64,000 bases of DNA from an uncultured Clostridia bacterium. Lineage in GTDB: Bacteria; Bacillota; Clostridia; Christensenellales; Aristaeellaceae. Location of the stretch: the NCBI GenBank assembly GCA_934663595.1, contig CAKUKM010000001.1:22187-86186 (forward strand). The letters are read 5' to 3'. Of this stretch, positions 61,833 to 64,000 are shown in pieces. Both the position numbers and the translations under genes were made by a program. Position 1 is the stretch's first letter; each line of letters begins with the position of its first letter. A model generated the notes under the pieces. That model was not told the origin of the DNA, made no database searches, and was given only the letters and a program-made list of their open reading frames with translations.

Positions 61833-62459
61833 TTACGCAAATATTTCCATTATATTCATTATAACATGCGCGCCGATTCTGTCAAGAGAAACGTCTCCGG
61901 AAATGCCGGCAATCAGGAAAATCAGGAGAAACGCGGCGCCGCATTCGGCGCGCAGCAGGAGCGTTCGCCGAGCGGATTCAGTCAAAAGCCCGCGCAGCTT
62001 TCGGCCGCATCGCGGACATGTGCGCGCGGAAAACTCGTTTGCGCGGCCGCAGGCGCAATACACCGCGCCGTTCTGCGCGCAGGGAAAGCGAATCGCGTCC
62101 GATCCGAAGCGGCGCTTTAGAAGCAATTGCGAATCCAAATCCAGCCGCGGAACCGGTGCGAGCGGCAGCCGCGGTCCCGGCGCTTGCACCCAGTCCGGCG
62201 CGTTCCGAAAGCGCACGCGCTGAAAAGTAATTTCCGGAAAAGTTGGCGCTGCCGGCTCCGGAAGCGCGATATGCAATTCAAAAAACGAGCGTCCGGCGGC
62301 GTTTACCGGCAGGTCGAACGCAATGGAACGGTCGCCCATTGCGATCGTTCCGGACAGGGAAAGCGCCGCGCATCTGCTTAAATTGAACAGGCGAACGCAA
62401 AGCTCTTCGCCCAGCGCAACGCCGCGTGGCTCGATTGGACAGCGGGGATCGAACGTCAT
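61833..62459 (-). CDS. hypothetical protein with zinc-ribbon and C-terminal TM helix
   Basis: 208 aa with GAGGTGAGGTG RBS. CACGRANEFSARTCPRCG. AAFLLIFLIAGI. Confidence 0.5.
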   Translation of the reverse strand: MTFDPRCPIEPRGVALGEELCVRLFNLSRCAALSLSGTIAMGDRSIAFDLPVNAAGRSFFELHIALPEPAAPTFPEITFQRVRFRNAPDWVQAPGPRLPLAPVPRLDLDSQLLLKRRFGSDAIRFPCAQNGAVYCACGRANEFSARTCPRCGRKLRGLLTESARRTLLLRAECGAAFLLIFLIAGISGDVSLDRIGAHVIMNIMEIFA

Positions 62460-62616
62460 TTCACCTCACCTCGAAAGCATGCATATGATCCCGCGCCGGA
62501 GGCAAGAAGAAAAAAGCGCGTTTGTTGCAAAGACGTGCGCAATGCGCCGCAAAATTGTCGGAGCTTTCCGCGAATGCCGGGCGCGCGATCGGGAAACAAA
62601 GAAAGGGAAGGGAGGA

Positions 62617-62793
62617 ATGAACATGCGAACAGGCGACGATCCGTTTGATGAAATGATGAAGGTTGCGTCCGTCACGGAATGCACCGGCCTGATGCCCGCG
62701 CTGCCGGAAACGGAGCAGGGCGACCAGAGTCTGGCTGCGCTCTACGCGATTCACGCGGCGAAGAAAAAGAAGAAAAAACACGCGAAGGCATGA
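62617..62793 (+). CDS. small hypothetical protein with Lys-rich tail
   Basis: 58 aa with a strong RBS (GGGAAGGGAGGA). Followed directly by a terminator. Confidence 0.4.
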   Translation: MNMRTGDDPFDEMMKVASVTECTGLMPALPETEQGDQSLAALYAIHAAKKKKKKHAKA

Positions 62794-62796
62794 AAA

Positions 62797-62819
62797 AAGG
62801 TTCCCTATAAGGGAACCTT
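62797..62819. terminator. bidirectional terminator
   Basis: AAGGTTCCC-tataa-GGGAACCTT flanked by A6 and T5. Confidence 0.75.
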
Positions 62820-62838
62820 TTTGCGCTGCGTCAGGCGA

Positions 62839-63891
62839 TTAGCCCGCGTACTGCGCCCAGTGCTCCGCCCACTTCTCGAGCAGGGCTTCCTTCTGGCTGC
62901 CGAGCCATTCCCAATCGATTTCCTTCAGGCCAAGCTCGCTGTCGTCCGGATAGTTGCCGTACTTGATGGTGGTGTTGGTGCCGCGCGCGCAGTTCTCGGT
63001 GGAGCGCGCCAGCTGGTAATCCGCGGAAGCGCAGAAATCGAGGAACGCCGCAGCCGCTTCGGGACGCGGGCAATCCTTGATCATCGCAGCGCCGGAAGCG
63101 CACGCGGTGTTGCCCTCGACGGGGTAGACCAGGCGGATGTTGTCCGCGCCGTTGATGGTGATCTGCATCTCAACGATGTTCTCGTAGGTCAGGCCGACGA
63201 CGTATTCGCCGGAGATGACGGACTTGAACACGGTGGAGGAAGAGGTGGTGATGACGCCATCGCAGTTCTTGATCAGCTCATCAATGTACGCCCACGCCTT
63301 GTCGTCGCCGAACTCGTCGCCCATCAGCGCGAGGATCGTGTGGAACTGGCGATACGCGGAGGAGGACGCCGCCGGATCCGCCTGAATGATCTTGCCCTTC
63401 AGCGCGGGATTCAGCAGATCCTGATAGCCGTTGATGGTGATGCCCAGCTCGGCTTCCAGATCCTTGTTCACAACCAGCGCCATGTACTGGATGTCGAAGA
63501 AGCTGTAGTAGCCATAGGGATCCAGCTTGCTCAGCTCATCCGCGATGGTGGGGGTGTAGGGCTGGAGAATGTCGTGATACACGGTGCCGTCGGACTCAAA
63601 CAGGCCGCCGAAGATGACGTCCGCCTGAGGATTGTTGGCCTCGCTGCGCGCGCGCGCGACGAGCTTGCCGACGGAATCGCTGACCCATTCAATCGTGCAG
63701 TTCGGATAGTACTTGTACCAGATGTTCTCGACGGTCGCCTGCTGCGGATCGTCCAGCGTGGAATACACGACGACGCGATCGCCGATCGAGGCGGGATCTT
63801 CGCGCACCCAGGAGGGCTTCTCCTCGGCGACGGCTGCGCAGCAGCTCAGTACGAACAGGGCAACCAGAATCAGACTCAGGATTTTCTTCAT
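62839..63891 (-). CDS. ABC transporter substrate-binding lipoprotein (iron/polyamine-type fold)
   Basis: 350 aa. Lipobox-like VLSCC. ...VVVYSTLDD...ADVIFGG... Confidence 0.7.
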   Translation of the reverse strand: MKKILSLILVALFVLSCCAAVAEEKPSWVREDPASIGDRVVVYSTLDDPQQATVENIWYKYYPNCTIEWVSDSVGKLVARARSEANNPQADVIFGGLFESDGTVYHDILQPYTPTIADELSKLDPYGYYSFFDIQYMALVVNKDLEAELGITINGYQDLLNPALKGKIIQADPAASSSAYRQFHTILALMGDEFGDDKAWAYIDELIKNCDGVITTSSSTVFKSVISGEYVVGLTYENIVEMQITINGADNIRLVYPVEGNTACASGAAMIKDCPRPEAAAAFLDFCASADYQLARSTENCARGTNTTIKYGNYPDDSELGLKEIDWEWLGSQKEALLEKWAEHWAQYAG

Positions 63892-63943
63892 GGGGCAAAC
63901 ACTCCTTTTTGTTTTATTACAAAGCGCAATCGCTTTATAATCG

Positions 63944-64000
63944 GTCAGACGCTCATCTTTTCCGATCCGCGCGTGCAGATCAGATAGAGCACCAGGCAGA
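63944..64000 (-). CDS. 3' end of an upstream ORF (hydrophobic C-terminus, possibly the transporter permease), truncated by the window edge
   Basis: The minus frame reads ...CLVLYLICTRGSEKMSV stop. Too short to assign. Confidence 0.2.

Noticed and set aside
1-64000. A window-wide search for mobile elements, prophage, CRISPR-Cas, restriction-modification or other recognisable defence systems, and for tRNA or rRNA genes.
   Set aside because: None was found by eye. There are no integrase, transposase, reverse-transcriptase, Cas, methylase-nuclease or phage structural motifs, and no tRNA-like T-arm sequences. A profile scan could still find something I missed.

Overview
This is a GC-rich, gene-dense chromosomal segment. 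By gene content it looks like a Gram-positive anaerobe, probably Clostridia/Oscillospirales-like. That is an inference from the SAM-I riboswitch on metK, DegV, TmcAL, QueH, BlaI/BlaR1, a VanW/YoaR-like protein, BirA-BioY and many near-consensus sigma-A promoters. I call about 64 protein genes on both strands. I recognised no rRNA, tRNA, CRISPR array, transposase, integrase, phage gene or classical defence gene. Most of the content is housekeeping (ribF, metK, an EF-G paralog, pfkA, rlmD, rpsT, rarA, queH, birA-bioY, deoD, rnr, rsgA, tdk, tmcAL), transport (two MarR-linked ABC exporters, two MATE pumps, ABC importer parts) or small-molecule modification (several GNATs, an APH-type kinase). All product calls come from reading the translated ORFs for family motifs; no database search was run. 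The items most worth a second look are listed here.
1. 19.1-28.9 kb: a seven-gene secreted/envelope operon. It combines a PT-repeat secreted protein, an oversized solute-binding-protein fusion, two MalFG-type importer permeases, two HlyD-type adaptors and an orphan MacB/FtsX-type permease, with no ATPase gene.
2. 52.9-54.3 kb: a two-gene unit with its own promoter and terminator, encoding a HEPN-like/CBS-pair fusion next to a small alarmone synthetase.
3. 11.0-11.4 kb: an orphan unit of about 345 nt running from a perfect promoter to a terminator in a convergent intergenic gap. It is a candidate structured sRNA that I could not classify.
4. A thymidine kinase fused to a GNAT domain.
5. Two overlapping family-4-type uracil-DNA glycosylase paralogs, the second cysteine-free, followed by a zinc-ribbon protein with a poly-Asp tail.
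6. ribF truncated at the domain boundary, with what looks like a decayed riboflavin-kinase remnant downstream.
7. An EF-G paralog with substitutions at the catalytic His and the G4 Lys.
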